From contig JAAPAO010000133.1 of the NCBI GenBank assembly GCA_013115145.1, forward strand, positions 1-64,000: a stretch of 64,000 bases of DNA. The letters are read 5' to 3'. This DNA comes from Perkinsus chesapeaki ATCC PRA-425. Taxonomy: Eukaryota; Protista; Perkinsozoa. Numbering within the stretch: position 1 is the first letter of the stretch; the number at the start of each line of letters is the position of its first letter. Shown piece by piece: positions 10,135-21,397 of this stretch. The position numbers were made by a program, and so were the translations under genes. The notes beneath the pieces were generated by a model. That model saw only the letters and a program-made list of their open reading frames with translations. It searched no databases and had not been told where the DNA came from.

Positions 10135-13100
10135 TTACTTTTTCCGCACCCTAGTCCGTGGCTGCTCCTTCTCCACGGGATCAGCAACGCGAACTTCAAT
10201 TTCGTCGAATTTCAATTGTACCAAAGGAGACTTCATCTCAGCCTTCGAGCCTCGGAGCAGATGCGAACACTGTAATGCTGAAAAGATACGCATCCTCCTC
10301 TCGATGTGGCACGGGCTACCTTGGCATTCCCTCAACCCACCAAACTCGTCAAAGCTTCCAGTGAAGTGCCACGCTCCAGTACTATACCTGGTGGTGAGTA
10401 AATACACACGTGACAGAGGGAAGGATATGCCAGAAGACTTGGAGACTAATTGGATGCAATTGAGCACAACGAGAAAACGCCTGAAAGACTTCCCTATATT
10501 GCTCCAAGGGAATACAATCAATTATTGCTTTCATCGAATACTCCTTCTAATTCTATCCTTTAATAAGTATGGATTCTCAGTAAGCTCTGCAGCCTGTATT
10601 AGGCTGCCTTATGGTCTATCATTACCATTTGCCAACTAGTACTGGAGTTCCAAAAATGATTTTCTCGGGCTCAGGCGGGATTGTGTGCTAATCTATAATA
10701 AGATAGGCTATTCTATTCAGGCTCAATATTGATAAATCCTATCTGGAATAGGTGAAGACTATTCTAATCAATGCGATAATGTCAAGTACAATATCGATTC
10801 CTCCATTGCCTCCCCGAATGGTACATAACCTCTCCCCCTCAGTATTACGAAGTCGTCGCTGCTCTCTCCATAGCCATTCGACTTGACTGCGATCGTTGAG
10901 CTCTAACACCAACAGACCCTCCATTAGCCGCATCTTCCGACTCTCCATCTTCCCTCGAAAATAAAGGATCATCCCGCAGCAAGGCCAATATATCCTACAA
11001 AGCAGAGTTTCCTGGCGCGCAAGAAATTACAATAGGTAGTGGCATCACCTGATCCATTGCGTCATTATCATCATCCTCCCCCTCATCTCCTGCCTTTCGC
11101 TTTCGCTTCCTCTTCCCTATGAAATGCCAATATGAAATTCCTCAACTATTTGCCAAGTGATATATTCAGTACGATGAGTAACAATGTACAGCGTGAGCCG
11201 TCGGAAAGCAGCTAATTCACAAGTGCTGGGTTTGAGGTGATCTTCCTCATTCCATTACAGCCCACATTTTACCCTTAGCTTGCTGTTGTTGTTTATCTTC
11301 CTTCGCCCTACTATCCATCACCTCCGGATGGATACTTCTAAAAGCCAGATCGAACTCCTGAAGCCAGAGTCCTTCCAGCAGCAGCCCTACCCTCTGGGAT
11401 ACTTGTGGATACCTCTTCTAGGATCTTCAAAGCCTTCTCCTTGTCCTGTAACGATGCTTTGCCCTCGGACATCAACTCATGCAGCACGTCAACTAGACAC
11501 TGACCGATCTAAAACAACGTCACCATGTAGTAATAACTGCCTGCCTTGCTCAGCTAAGGTCTACAATTATCCAACCGACTCTAGATGGGAATGCATTCCA
11601 CATTGACCAGGTGACAAAATATCAACCTGATTTCCTTACAATTTTTCCTCCCTCCAACAGATATGGGCGGCGAGCGGAGGATGCATATATTCCACCATCA
11701 ATACCCAAGCGAAAGGAGCGGTATGAGTACCTGTGTGTGATGGTATATCCTGGGCAGGCCGCCAGAGAATGTGGTCATATCTACTCCTTCAATGTTATCA
11801 TCACCATCAATGTTAGAGAAGTGAATTGGCTCTGAAACCACCACAGCAGAGATACTGTAAGCCAATGGAGGGCAATAACACAGAGTAGTGGGCAGGGAAT
11901 GGATTTATTGGATAACACCTCATTACGAATATGAACCGATTCAACCTAAGTGCAATCCTTAGGAGTCAGATTCCCTACTGCGAGGCCGCCTGGTGACACT
12001 AGGGAGTGACTTCTCACTAGAGTCTGTTGATATTGGATTCGCCAAGTCCAAAGGTGGACACTTAAATTCCCTCCATCAGACACACTATACGAGTAGCGCC
12101 ATCACAGCGCACTAGTGCGAGAAGAAACGTAATGGATCTTGACAATTAATCAACGTCCCCTCGACTATTACCCGATTCTTTAAGCTGTGCTTCACTAAGC
12201 ATTAGCTCCTGCTCCTCCGAAGGGCTCATACTACTCACCGATACACCTTCGTCGTCCTCCGATTCAACACCTAAGTCATACCGCTCCTTCCTCTAAACGC
12301 ACTTACAGTATACCACCTTCATTCCCTTCATGTATCTCCTTATCACTATGTTCTGCTGGCTTCGCTTGAGCCTTTGGCGGCATCAAGCCGGACAAAAATC
12401 AATAACTGATTACCATCTTAAAGATTCCTTTGAGGTTACCTCAGATACTCCCCTTCCACAAACCGGCTCCCATCATCCCCAATCTCGGTGCACTGAACTC
12501 AACAAGACATAACTCATCACAATAAACTATGTCTAAAAATGTATCACCATCTCCTCTACAAACGATATCTCAATAACAACAAGATCATCATGCGCATAGA
12601 TCAGCAGCAGCTTTCATCCTTTACAGTGATCAAATAAGATCATCAACCTTGAGGAAAATATAGTATCTCAGGCGCACAGAGAAGATGAACACATGTGATT
12701 GGGGTGGTGGCGGTGGCGTTGTTTTGGCTTTGACAGCCTGTTAATAGGAGAGAGCAAACAACTGTGTATGGTATAACCAAACAACTACTACTACCACTTA
12801 ACCAATGACATGCGTCCAGTAGTACAGACTTACGATCAATAGTAGCAATAAGATACTACTAGAGATTGTTCCATTAAGAAAAAATAACAACAACCACGGT
12901 CCAACGCTCTTTTTCCCTTTTTTCAATCAGATTCGCTACGCCTTAGCCGCTGCTGCCTCCTTCGCGCTCGCTTTCTTCTCGTCTGCAATGAGCTGTACGA
13001 GATCCTCTAGAAGCGGCGGATTCGCTGTCGGAGGAATGCCGTTCTGAAGAGACAGAAGAGATGCTCCGGTGGGCAACTAGATGAAGCTCACCTGGATGAA

Positions 13101-13510
13101 CAACATTCTCACTTTGTCGTGGATGGAGGTACCAGTGTTGATGGGCTGAAAACACTACTGTGGGAAAGGGACAGTTTCCGACACAATGATGCATTTAATG
13201 AATGATACCATAATTTTTCATAATGTGCTGTAGAGGATGTTTCGCTACAGAAAAACAGAAATTAAGGCGTCTATTGGGAGGTGCGTCGTAAGGGAAGAGT
13301 GCTGATCGTGCGAGAACAAAGACAGGATAAGATAGTTATACTGGGGTATATAATACGAAAATCGGAGAAAGGAGCGGTATGGACAATGCTTACTGATCTT
13401 TGTAGATCCTGCTCGACGGCGATTTCGGGGTTGGCTTCTAAGATCTTCTTCAGCAGAGCCTCTGAAAAACAACGCGTTGGCAGTTGTGCTTGTGCGCAGC
13501 AAAGGGACAT
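10135..13510 (-). CDS. Hypothetical multi-exon protein
   Basis: Coding-like exons flanked by GT/AG: MSLCCAQ...LLKKILEANPEI, NGIPPTANPPLLEDLVQLIADEKK, HELMSEGKASLQDKEKALKILEE|EFDLAFRSIHPE, and a terminal exon FPWSNIGKSFRRF...GAWHFTGSFDEFGGLRECQGSPCH. It could be more than one gene. Confidence 0.5.
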
Positions 13511-14081
13511 ATTTTGTATCTTACGCAGTCGAACCTAAGATACCCCTGTATCCTTACCATCTTGCTGCGAGAAATATATATTCTCCGCAGCCCTTTCACG
13601 CTCGTTCATGATCCTGATTCCAGTGAAAGATGCCTAAAAGGTTGATTGGCAGTCCTCCGATATTATATCGATCATACCCTGCTGTTAAAGGAGTAGCGAC
13701 GGCTTGATCTCTCCAACGAATTAGATACACGGCGGATGGCCAGCATGGGAAAACGAGTGGACAAAAGTTAGCGAAAAGGGAGTACCGCTGAATGCCAACA
13801 TTAACAACAGCAGATCTCACCAAGAAGGGTTTTGCCTAAGCGGAAAAAGGCCCCTTTATTATTAAAGAAAGCCTCTATGTCGATTCCATGCCCGATGTAG
13901 TGTTCGTAACAGAAGGCTCTGTACAGTCAATTTGGTAAATAGGCAGCGCTACACATTGGCCTCTGTCAAAGAGAGTCGGCCGACGGGTGCGCAACGAAAT
14001 TAGCGCTCGCCTGGAAATGATTGTTCGCCCTTTTCCTTCTTCTGGGAGAGTTCCATATCTAACATAGGGGTTTGTTAATAG

Positions 14082-17000
14082 ATGTATATCCCTAGACCAT
14101 ATCCTGGCCGACCTGGCTCTCGAGGGCAATCTCGAGGGCTTAGGCGAACAGAGCAGAGGGCGGCCACACCGGCTACGTTAGGAGGGTTACCATTGGATGC
14201 TGAAAGGAGGGAAGCATTGGCTTTGAAAAACAAAAGGGTTATGGATGTTGCTAAACGAAGGGCTATAGGTAAGGGTTGAAAGCTGAGCTTGAAAATATCT
14301 TTGGGGATCTTAGATGATGATAATAGAAGTAAGGAGCGTCCCTCTACATCAGCTGGAGTTAGCGGTCCCAGAAGGCGGCATTTGGACGGAGGAGGTAGAC
14401 CATAAGGGAAGTTACACAGAAACCAATGAGCCTTTAGGAGCTATCGAGGAGTCCCCTAGGGGCAACAGGCCGAGCAGCGCTGCACCAGCTGTGGGCAATC
14501 TTAGAAGGGTTAAAGAGAAGCCCCCCTTGGACACAGGGATGACTGGGCTACGTTTGAGAAGTAGTATATGTCCCAGGGATAGGCATTTTACGGTTTTTCT
14601 ATCAGATCAAACGCGAGCAAGCTCCGCTGGTCTACGTACGGCCCATGTGGCTGCCGGTATTCGGTTCCCCACTCCTGTCCTCCAAGGTCGCAAAGGCCGG
14701 GAGACTCCCGATATGGGCGTGAGTGACTACTGGCGATTTCTCAACCACAGAAGGGATGTTATAGAGAATCAGGTCGGTGCTGTTTTGGTGAGCATTGGTG
14801 TAGGATATTCTTAGGTTGCCCGCCTACAGCACAAAATAGACAACGACAGGCTACGTGAGGCCGCGATGAGGGCACAGACTCCTCGGTAAGGGAGTTTGGC
14901 AAATAATGGTTGACTGTGCTGATAGGCCTAATAAAGGAGGGAGTAGTAGTAGGCCACCTTCGGTTGTGGGCAGTCGCCTTAGGCGAAGGTTTGACAGTCC
15001 AATACGAGCTTATGATAAGGATACTACTGTGGTTGGTCTAGCAAATGACAACGATGATAAGGTAAAATTGGGTGCGATGTGTCGGGTGGCGGGATGACCC
15101 TGAGAATGGTTGAAATGTTTTACCAAGGAGAATGGAAAGGACTTTCTTCGGCCTAAATTTTCGCTTTGATGCCTCCTTGGGAATATAGGTCCCGTGTTGT
15201 AGTGCTGGATTTCGCCATCACTTGAGCTCTTGATGGCATTTCACTGGGGTGCCTCCAGTTGATGGGGTTTCATGAAGCTCCCTGGAAACGTACTCTCGAA
15301 CGCTTGAGATTGAAGATGTTATGGGTTGTGGATGTGATCGTTGCTTAGAAAACATTGGCGAAGCCAGGGGATGTTCAGAGGCCGTCGACACCTAGTGTGA
15401 CTGATGAGGCGGAGGAGGAGCGGTAGTGTTATTCCGTACAGAGACGCCTATCGGAGCATATCATCAGGCCAGTGTCACCTAGAGGCGATTCAGAGGCTCC
15501 TGGGAAAGGAGTTACGACCAAAGTAAGGAGTATCTGTATCGGGAATGTGAAGCGCTTTGTCAGTTGCCGAAACAGCACTCGACGGCAGCGGGACCACCCA
15601 TCCCTGCCGAGCTGAAGTCGCTGGTCTTGAAGGCACAGGCATGCGACCGACCGGCCACATCACCGGCAGTTCACGGTGGTCAAATCCATGTTGCCGATGA
15701 TGAGTTGGATGGGGGAGAGAGACGTCATCATCGTACAGGCAAAGGGAAGCTGGGAACGAATCTCGAGGAGTATCAGGTAGGGGGTGGGAGGAGACATTGG
15801 GGGGAGGATGGGGCGGTCTTGTCAGCTCGGAAGGTCTGTTGGCCAGGGTGCTTATGCCACAGTTCGGTTGGCCCATCACATGCCGACGAACTGCAATGTG
15901 GCGGTGAAGGTAGCCTTGGGTGGCCGTTTGGGGGTGGTGATTCGACTTGAGCATAGGTTTACGACAAAGTTAAGCTTTTGGACCCTCAGAAGAGGAAAGG
16001 CGTTAAGCGAGAGATGAAACTGTTGGAGAGAATGTCCCATCCCAATATCGTTCGATTTCATGATGCTCTTGATTCTACTCGACATATACTAATTGTTACC
16101 GAGTAAGACGGAGGGGATGCGCCGTGGCGGCGGCGGGGGAGGGGGGGTTGTACTGTGGAACGAGTTATAGTATCGTACTTGGAGCAAGCATTAGTGTGAT
16201 AGGTATGTTGGGGGAGGCTCATTGCATGCTCTTTTGAAGCGAAGACCGGGTCGTCGATTGGACGAGACAACAGCGGGAAGGATATTCCTACAAGTTGCGC
16301 AAGGAGTTAAATACATGCATGATAGGTGTATCATTCATAGGTGGGATGGTGCTTCCAGCGAGGCTGTGATGATGGTAACGCTGTGGTTGGTTAGGGATTT
16401 GAAGCTCGAAAATATCTTGATTGTTGGACATACTTATGAGAGTTTTTCACATGATGGTATTGAAGGGATCGGGAGCGCACGGGGCAGGACGCCATGTGGG
16501 AGGGCAGGGTCAAATGGGAGAGGATTGATAACGAGATCAAAGCATGGGCCATTCCCACCACAAGTAAGGAGCTGAAGAAATGTTTAAAAAGGGCGCGCCC
16601 GGATTTGAACCGAGGACCTGCTGATCTGCAGTCAGCCGCTCTACCGCTGAGCTACACACCCGATACATTTTCTAGTTTGACTTTTTCATGCTTATGTTCT
16701 ATCCGAAAGTGTCAGGTCCAAGCCAACGGGGAGCATCCCAGCGCCGACTGCACTTACCAATTGCCCGGCCCGCAGATCAAAATCATCGATTTCGGCTTCA
16801 GCACGATTCTACCCCCTGGAAAGAAACTGAAAGTAGTTCCCTCACCCCTAAAGACGAGCATCTCTCTCTTCTGAGGTATTTTGTGGCACTCCTTCTTATA
16901 TGGCACCTGAGATTGTACAGAAGAGGGAGTATCATGGCAGTTGTGCTGATATATGGGCCTTGGGTATCCTCCTGCACGCCTTCCTTGCCGGATGCTTCCC

Positions 17001-17848
17001 ATTCAAGGTTGGAACTTTCTTATCGTTTTTATGGCTGATTACTTGCTCTCTAGGGGCCTACTGATAAGGAGCTGTACAAGAAGATCGCCCGTGGAGTTTT
17101 CCAGGTGCCGAGCCACATTTCGGAGAGGGCCCAAACCTTGCTGTGTCGGCTGCTTCGGAGGGAGGCGGATAAACGCCCGCTCATTCACGTAAAGCGGCGC
17201 ATCGGCAGAGCTGGCGAAGGATGCGTTGGTTGGCAGGACGTCGTTCATTCGGATTGGCTTCAACACCTATTGGGCGATGACCTTGATGAGGAGGACAGCA
17301 GCAGTCTGCTGTGCACCAGCGGTGGGATGGAGACCAACGCTTCGACGTGTGCGACTGGTGGGGGACTTGGAGGCTCCACCACCACATGTAAGTTATTAGC
17401 TCTCTCGATGACTGATGCTGTCATAGGGACGCCAACGAGAAAGAGAGCAAAAAGCGAGGAGAGAGTTTTATATAGGGATGTTGGTAACCGGGAATGTTGC
17501 TGATCTTGTCGAAAGCGTAAAATCGTGTAGCGTTGGCAGTGCCTCCCCCAAGTATACCAAGGCCATCAACATCCAATCGGCAACAGCGGCCCAGAGCACC
17601 GCCCTCTAATAGTGCTTATGAAGAGGATGCCATTTCAAAGCTCGTGAGCTAACTAGTGTTGCTTATGCTATATTATAGGTCTTTATAGGAGCGGCTCGGC
17701 TACAGCAGAGATGAGATACTCTCGCAGATTCGGGATGAGAAATCACATTTATCGAAGTTGTATCAACGGTTCCTTCAAGTACGTCATCATCCTCCTCCCT
17801 TAATCCGTCCCTTCAACCCCTGTTCTTCCTCCTCAGACTGTAGTATGA
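14082..17848 (+). CDS. CAMK-group MARK/SNF1-like Ser/Thr kinase with long disordered N-terminus and C-terminal UBA-like segment
   Basis: GQGAYATV, VAVK, REMKLLERMSHPNIV, HR|DLKLEN, DFG, FCGTPSYMAPE, DIWALG, FPFK; C-terminal LGYSRDEI. Start and end approximate. Confidence 0.9.
16586..16590 (-). terminator. Pol III oligo-T terminator of tRNA-Cys
   Basis: TTTTT on the minus strand directly at the tRNA 3' end. Confidence 0.7.
16590..16661 (-). tRNA. tRNA-Cys(GCA)
   Basis: GGGTGTG TA GCTC AGCGGTA GAGC G GCTGA CT-GCA-GA TCAGC AGGTC CTCGG TTCAAAT CCGGG CGCGCCC T. Full cloverleaf, U73 discriminator, TTTTT run at the 3' end. Confidence 0.97.
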
Positions 17849-18136
17849 TAGCATGGAGCTAGCGGCCATCGGTGCAGCAGCTGTTACTCCTTTCAGTGTT
17901 GCTGCTGCAGGGCGTTATCTACCAACGGTTGTTAATGTAGCATTCCTTAGCATGATGATGATGATGACGTTCCTGTCACTTATCTGTTGTTAAAATACTA
18001 AGCGTTGTGTTGTGACCCAAAGACTGTGTAGTAGGCCCGGTTGCTGCCCCTCGCGGTCTCCCCTGCCGGCGGCAGGCTCCATCAGTTTTCCGAGTTGAGT
18101 AACTGTATCAGCTAACGCAACATCATCATTATGTAT

Positions 18137-18469
18137 TCAATGCTTTGAATCATCGTCAATAGGAAGGCCGTGCTCATTCACACTAAGGCCGGTTTGAAGG
18201 TAAACAGCCTGAAACTCTTCCCTGGTGAGCTGGCCTTTACCTTGGAGCATTGCCGTTACCACAGCATCTGACACCCCGTCGCCGAAGTGCCTCTTCAATG
18301 ACTCAGCGGTAATATATTCATTATCGCCATCTTTTAAATGCAGCCATAGCCACTCTATTGGTGAGGAGTCATCATCATCACCGACGATGGAAGAAGTGGA
18401 TGATGAAGAAGAAGAGGAGGAGGTGGAAGATACTTCTATTATAGAAGATGGGGGCATAATGGCAAACAT
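18137..18469 (-). CDS. Small protein with degenerate EF-hand-like C-terminus
   Basis: DGDNEYITAESLKRHF...AMLQGKGQLTREEFQAVY resembles a degenerate EF-hand pair. Ser-rich N-terminus; start uncertain. Confidence 0.45.
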   Translation of the reverse strand: MFAIMPPSSIIEVSSTSSSSSSSSTSSIVGDDDDSSPIEWLWLHLKDGDNEYITAESLKRHFGDGVSDAVVTAMLQGKGQLTREEFQAVYLQTGLSVNEHGLPIDDDSKH

Positions 18470-18691
18470 GCAGCAGCATGAGATGGCTGATTCTTGCTAT
18501 TCTTGGATATCCTTGAGTTCTCTCAACGCCAAAACCCTTCGAAAAATCAATTTTCCCTCGTAGGTCATTGATACTTCCAGCGATTTCCCCTCCTCCTTTG
18601 TTGGAGTTCTGCCTTTGTCAATACGGGAGGTTTGTAGTGTTATTGTGGTGGTACGGTATGGCTGGTAGGAGCAGCATTGGTGTTGTTGTTA

Positions 18692-20527
18692 ATGAGAGAG
18701 CATCACCATCAACCACCACCGCCGCCGCCGCCTCCACCGCCGCCTCCGCCGCCATCAGGAGGAGGCATGTCTGGGGATCGTCGGTATCATCGAGGTAGCA
18801 TGGATCGACGCTCAAGTTCGGCAGCTCGTGGGCCGCCGGGTGGAGGATGGCAAGGGGAAGGAGGAGGAGAGTGGCAGCAGCATCAGCACAGCAGTCATGG
18901 TGGCAGCAAACGGCCGCAGAGGGACTGGGAGGAGCAACAGCAGCAGCAGTCTGGATGGAATAGCTATGGTGATAGTGGGGGGAAGGGGGGGCATGATAGA
19001 TGGGGTAAAGGCGGTGGTTGGCGAGGTAAAGGAGGTAAAGGAGGAAGTAGCGAACGACAGCAACGTGGGCACGATGATCGGGAGGATTGGCGTGGTGGGC
19101 ACTCACAATGGGGGAAGGGAGGCAGTGGAGAATGGGAAGGCTCTTGGAGTGGTGGGAAAGGAGATGGTAATCGACATTGGGGAGGCAGCCATTGGGAGAG
19201 TAAAGGTGGTGGAGGAGGTCACAACTGGTCCGGAGATCGGCAGAGAGGGTGGTCTGAAGGTAGAGGTTGGGGTAGTAGAAAGAGAAGTCCCGAAGGTGAC
19301 CAAGGCGGCAAACGAACGAGCGGATGGGACCAGCCCGATGAGAGTAGTAATGCCTTTGGTAGCAGTGAAGATACGCCAGTGGCTGCAGCAGGCCCGCCAG
19401 TGCAGAACGTACCCCCGGCAGTGCCACCAGGAAGTTCGGCAAGCCAGTCTTCTGGTAAGGGCTCTGGTGCTCATGGGAAGGGCTTTTCTGGGCCGTGGAC
19501 TGGAGGAGGGTTTTCCGGAGGCCCAGCGCCAGGTGGCAAGGGCAAGGGAGCATGGCCTCCGGGATCGGGGTTCATGGCCGCTGCTGCCGCCGCACCAAAC
19601 CCAATGTTGCTGCCGTTCCTGGCGGGAAAGGGGCTGCAACAGATGCGACTGAAGCAGTTGCAACTTCGGCAGCAGGAGGCGAAGGAAAAGATGGAGAAGA
19701 AAAAGTTGAACGCTGAGGAGAAAAAGAAGCATTTGGTTTTGATTGCTGAAGGGATCGTGAAGCTTCTCATGGGGGTTGGCGGGGGCGCGCGGGAACTGTC
19801 GTTGGAGCTTCTCCCCGATGAATTCGAGAAAATGTTCGGGGTGCCCCTGGATGTCCGGGAGCATTTTCAAGAGAGCAGTCTGCTCCGGTTTGTGCAACGA
19901 TTTGAGGCGATACCTCCTACCACGGACGAGAACGATCACACAAAGATTGTCCCGCGAGCGTTGTTCCAGGTTTATTTCGACGGGTCAAGCTCCTGGCAGA
20001 TCAGGCTGCATCCGGAAGCTCCGTGCCCGCCGCCGAGCGAGTATATAGAGTACGCAGCTGGGCAAGTGGCGAAGAGCCTTTTTGGGCCTCGACGACCGAG
20101 GACGGTCATACGATTGGAGAACAGCGTTCCGTTGCCGCCGAGAGCAGCAACGGCTGAAGGCGGCGGCGGTGGGGATGTTAAAAACGAGAACATAGCTAAT
20201 ATTATGTCCCTATTGGAGAGTATAACGACTAGTGGGCACCATCAGGAGGCTGCCAATGGAGGGGTGCCGGGCGGCGGCAGCGGCGGACAGGAAGGACTGG
20301 AGACTTCCTCGCCGATGATAGGGCATGTTGGTAAGCAGAATGCCTTTGAATTGAGCCCATCGTCTGGAAGGGCGGCAGTACAAGGTAATCCACATCAGTC
20401 ACCAGTTGCTAGTGTACTTGATGGAGGTGGAAAGAGTGGAGGGGGTAGCATGGCAGCAAAGATACAGGAACTGTTGGCCAAGAGAAAGGTAGTAGTTGGT
20501 AGGCCCTGGTGGGCTGGGAGGATGTGA
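18692..20527 (+). CDS. Intronless GW/WG- and GKG-rich low-complexity protein with LOTUS (OST-HTH)-like domain
   Basis: 611-aa ORF: poly-Pro, about 200 aa G/W/R-rich region, coiled coil, then IVKLLMGVGGGARELSLELLPDEFEKMFGVPLDVREHFQESSLLRFVQRF, which matches the LOTUS pattern. Confidence 0.75.
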   Translation: MREHHHQPPPPPPPPPPPPPPSGGGMSGDRRYHRGSMDRRSSSAARGPPGGGWQGEGGGEWQQHQHSSHGGSKRPQRDWEEQQQQQSGWNSYGDSGGKGGHDRWGKGGGWRGKGGKGGSSERQQRGHDDREDWRGGHSQWGKGGSGEWEGSWSGGKGDGNRHWGGSHWESKGGGGGHNWSGDRQRGWSEGRGWGSRKRSPEGDQGGKRTSGWDQPDESSNAFGSSEDTPVAAAGPPVQNVPPAVPPGSSASQSSGKGSGAHGKGFSGPWTGGGFSGGPAPGGKGKGAWPPGSGFMAAAAAAPNPMLLPFLAGKGLQQMRLKQLQLRQQEAKEKMEKKKLNAEEKKKHLVLIAEGIVKLLMGVGGGARELSLELLPDEFEKMFGVPLDVREHFQESSLLRFVQRFEAIPPTTDENDHTKIVPRALFQVYFDGSSSWQIRLHPEAPCPPPSEYIEYAAGQVAKSLFGPRRPRTVIRLENSVPLPPRAATAEGGGGGDVKNENIANIMSLLESITTSGHHQEAANGGVPGGGSGGQEGLETSSPMIGHVGKQNAFELSPSSGRAAVQGNPHQSPVASVLDGGGKSGGGSMAAKIQELLAKRKVVVGRPWWAGRM

Positions 20528-21397
20528 TTGGCAATTTCATACCGTATTGGTGAGCTCGAAATGCGTTATATTACTTATATCGTAATGATCTAGAGTGACG
20601 CTCGGGCGGGTCTTCTCTCTCCCGTGCCCCACCCAGTTGGGTGGATAATGAGATCGTAAGGAAGCCGTGAAGATTCGTACATCTGAACGTGTCGTCTTGC
20701 CAAGTCGTCTCGCCTTTTCCGCAGTGTGGTAGTTGATCGACTCCTCCGTGGATGTAAGTATTAGCGATGAGTATAGTTAACGAAACGAAAATTATGTTAT
20801 TATGATATATGGTCAATACTGGTGGAGCCCCCCGTGGAGTGATAGAGGATATTTGCTGCTTATTCAGGCAGCCAAGAAGAACGGTTAGACCGATCCAATC
20901 GATGAGGCAGCTTCGACAAGAAAATTATCGTAGAACACCCAACAGCGGCCACAACCATCCAGTGGCCTCACTATTGTTAGTACCATTCTCTCTATACCCT
21001 CCGTAATCACTGCATTGCGTTTAGTAAGGGTAATTTGCTCCTTATCGTCATATAGTTGATGATGAGGGAGGAGGAGGCTTGGGAGTAAAAGAGGAAGGTC
21101 TTATTTTCTCTTTCGATAGAATCACTTCTCCTTCCCGCATCAAGAGCCCCTCAATGAAGATGCGCATTTCCGAAAGATTCGATGGTTTCTGCTCGGTGAT
21201 GTAGGTAGTCGCTGGTGACCATACGTGCCGAAGGAACTCGGGAGGATCGATGTTATAATAGTCACGCGCATCGAAATTAGGATAGCTCTGCTTGATTTTC
21301 CTCTATATGTCTGGATTGTTGCGTTCGCAGTATTGGCGACGGCGAGTGGCATCTTTGAAAAACTTCACAGTGCGCAACCGATCCATCCTGCCAGTTG

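Noticed and set aside
13596-13823. Minus-strand ORF with PWWP-like FPCWPSAV
   Set aside because: Single short motif with no other domain residues, lying in the divergent region upstream of the kinase; probably chance.
18500-18565. In-frame TAG upstream of the EF-hand-like ORF (possible readthrough)
   Set aside because: The TAG is equally explained as an intron acceptor (aatag) or 5' UTR. Other genes use TAG as a normal stop, so there is no evidence of recoding.
18618-19939. Long overlapping ORFs (18618..19553 -, 18828..19652 +, 19103..19939 -)
   Set aside because: Shadow frames of the GC-rich low-complexity GW/LOTUS ORF; no independent coding signal.
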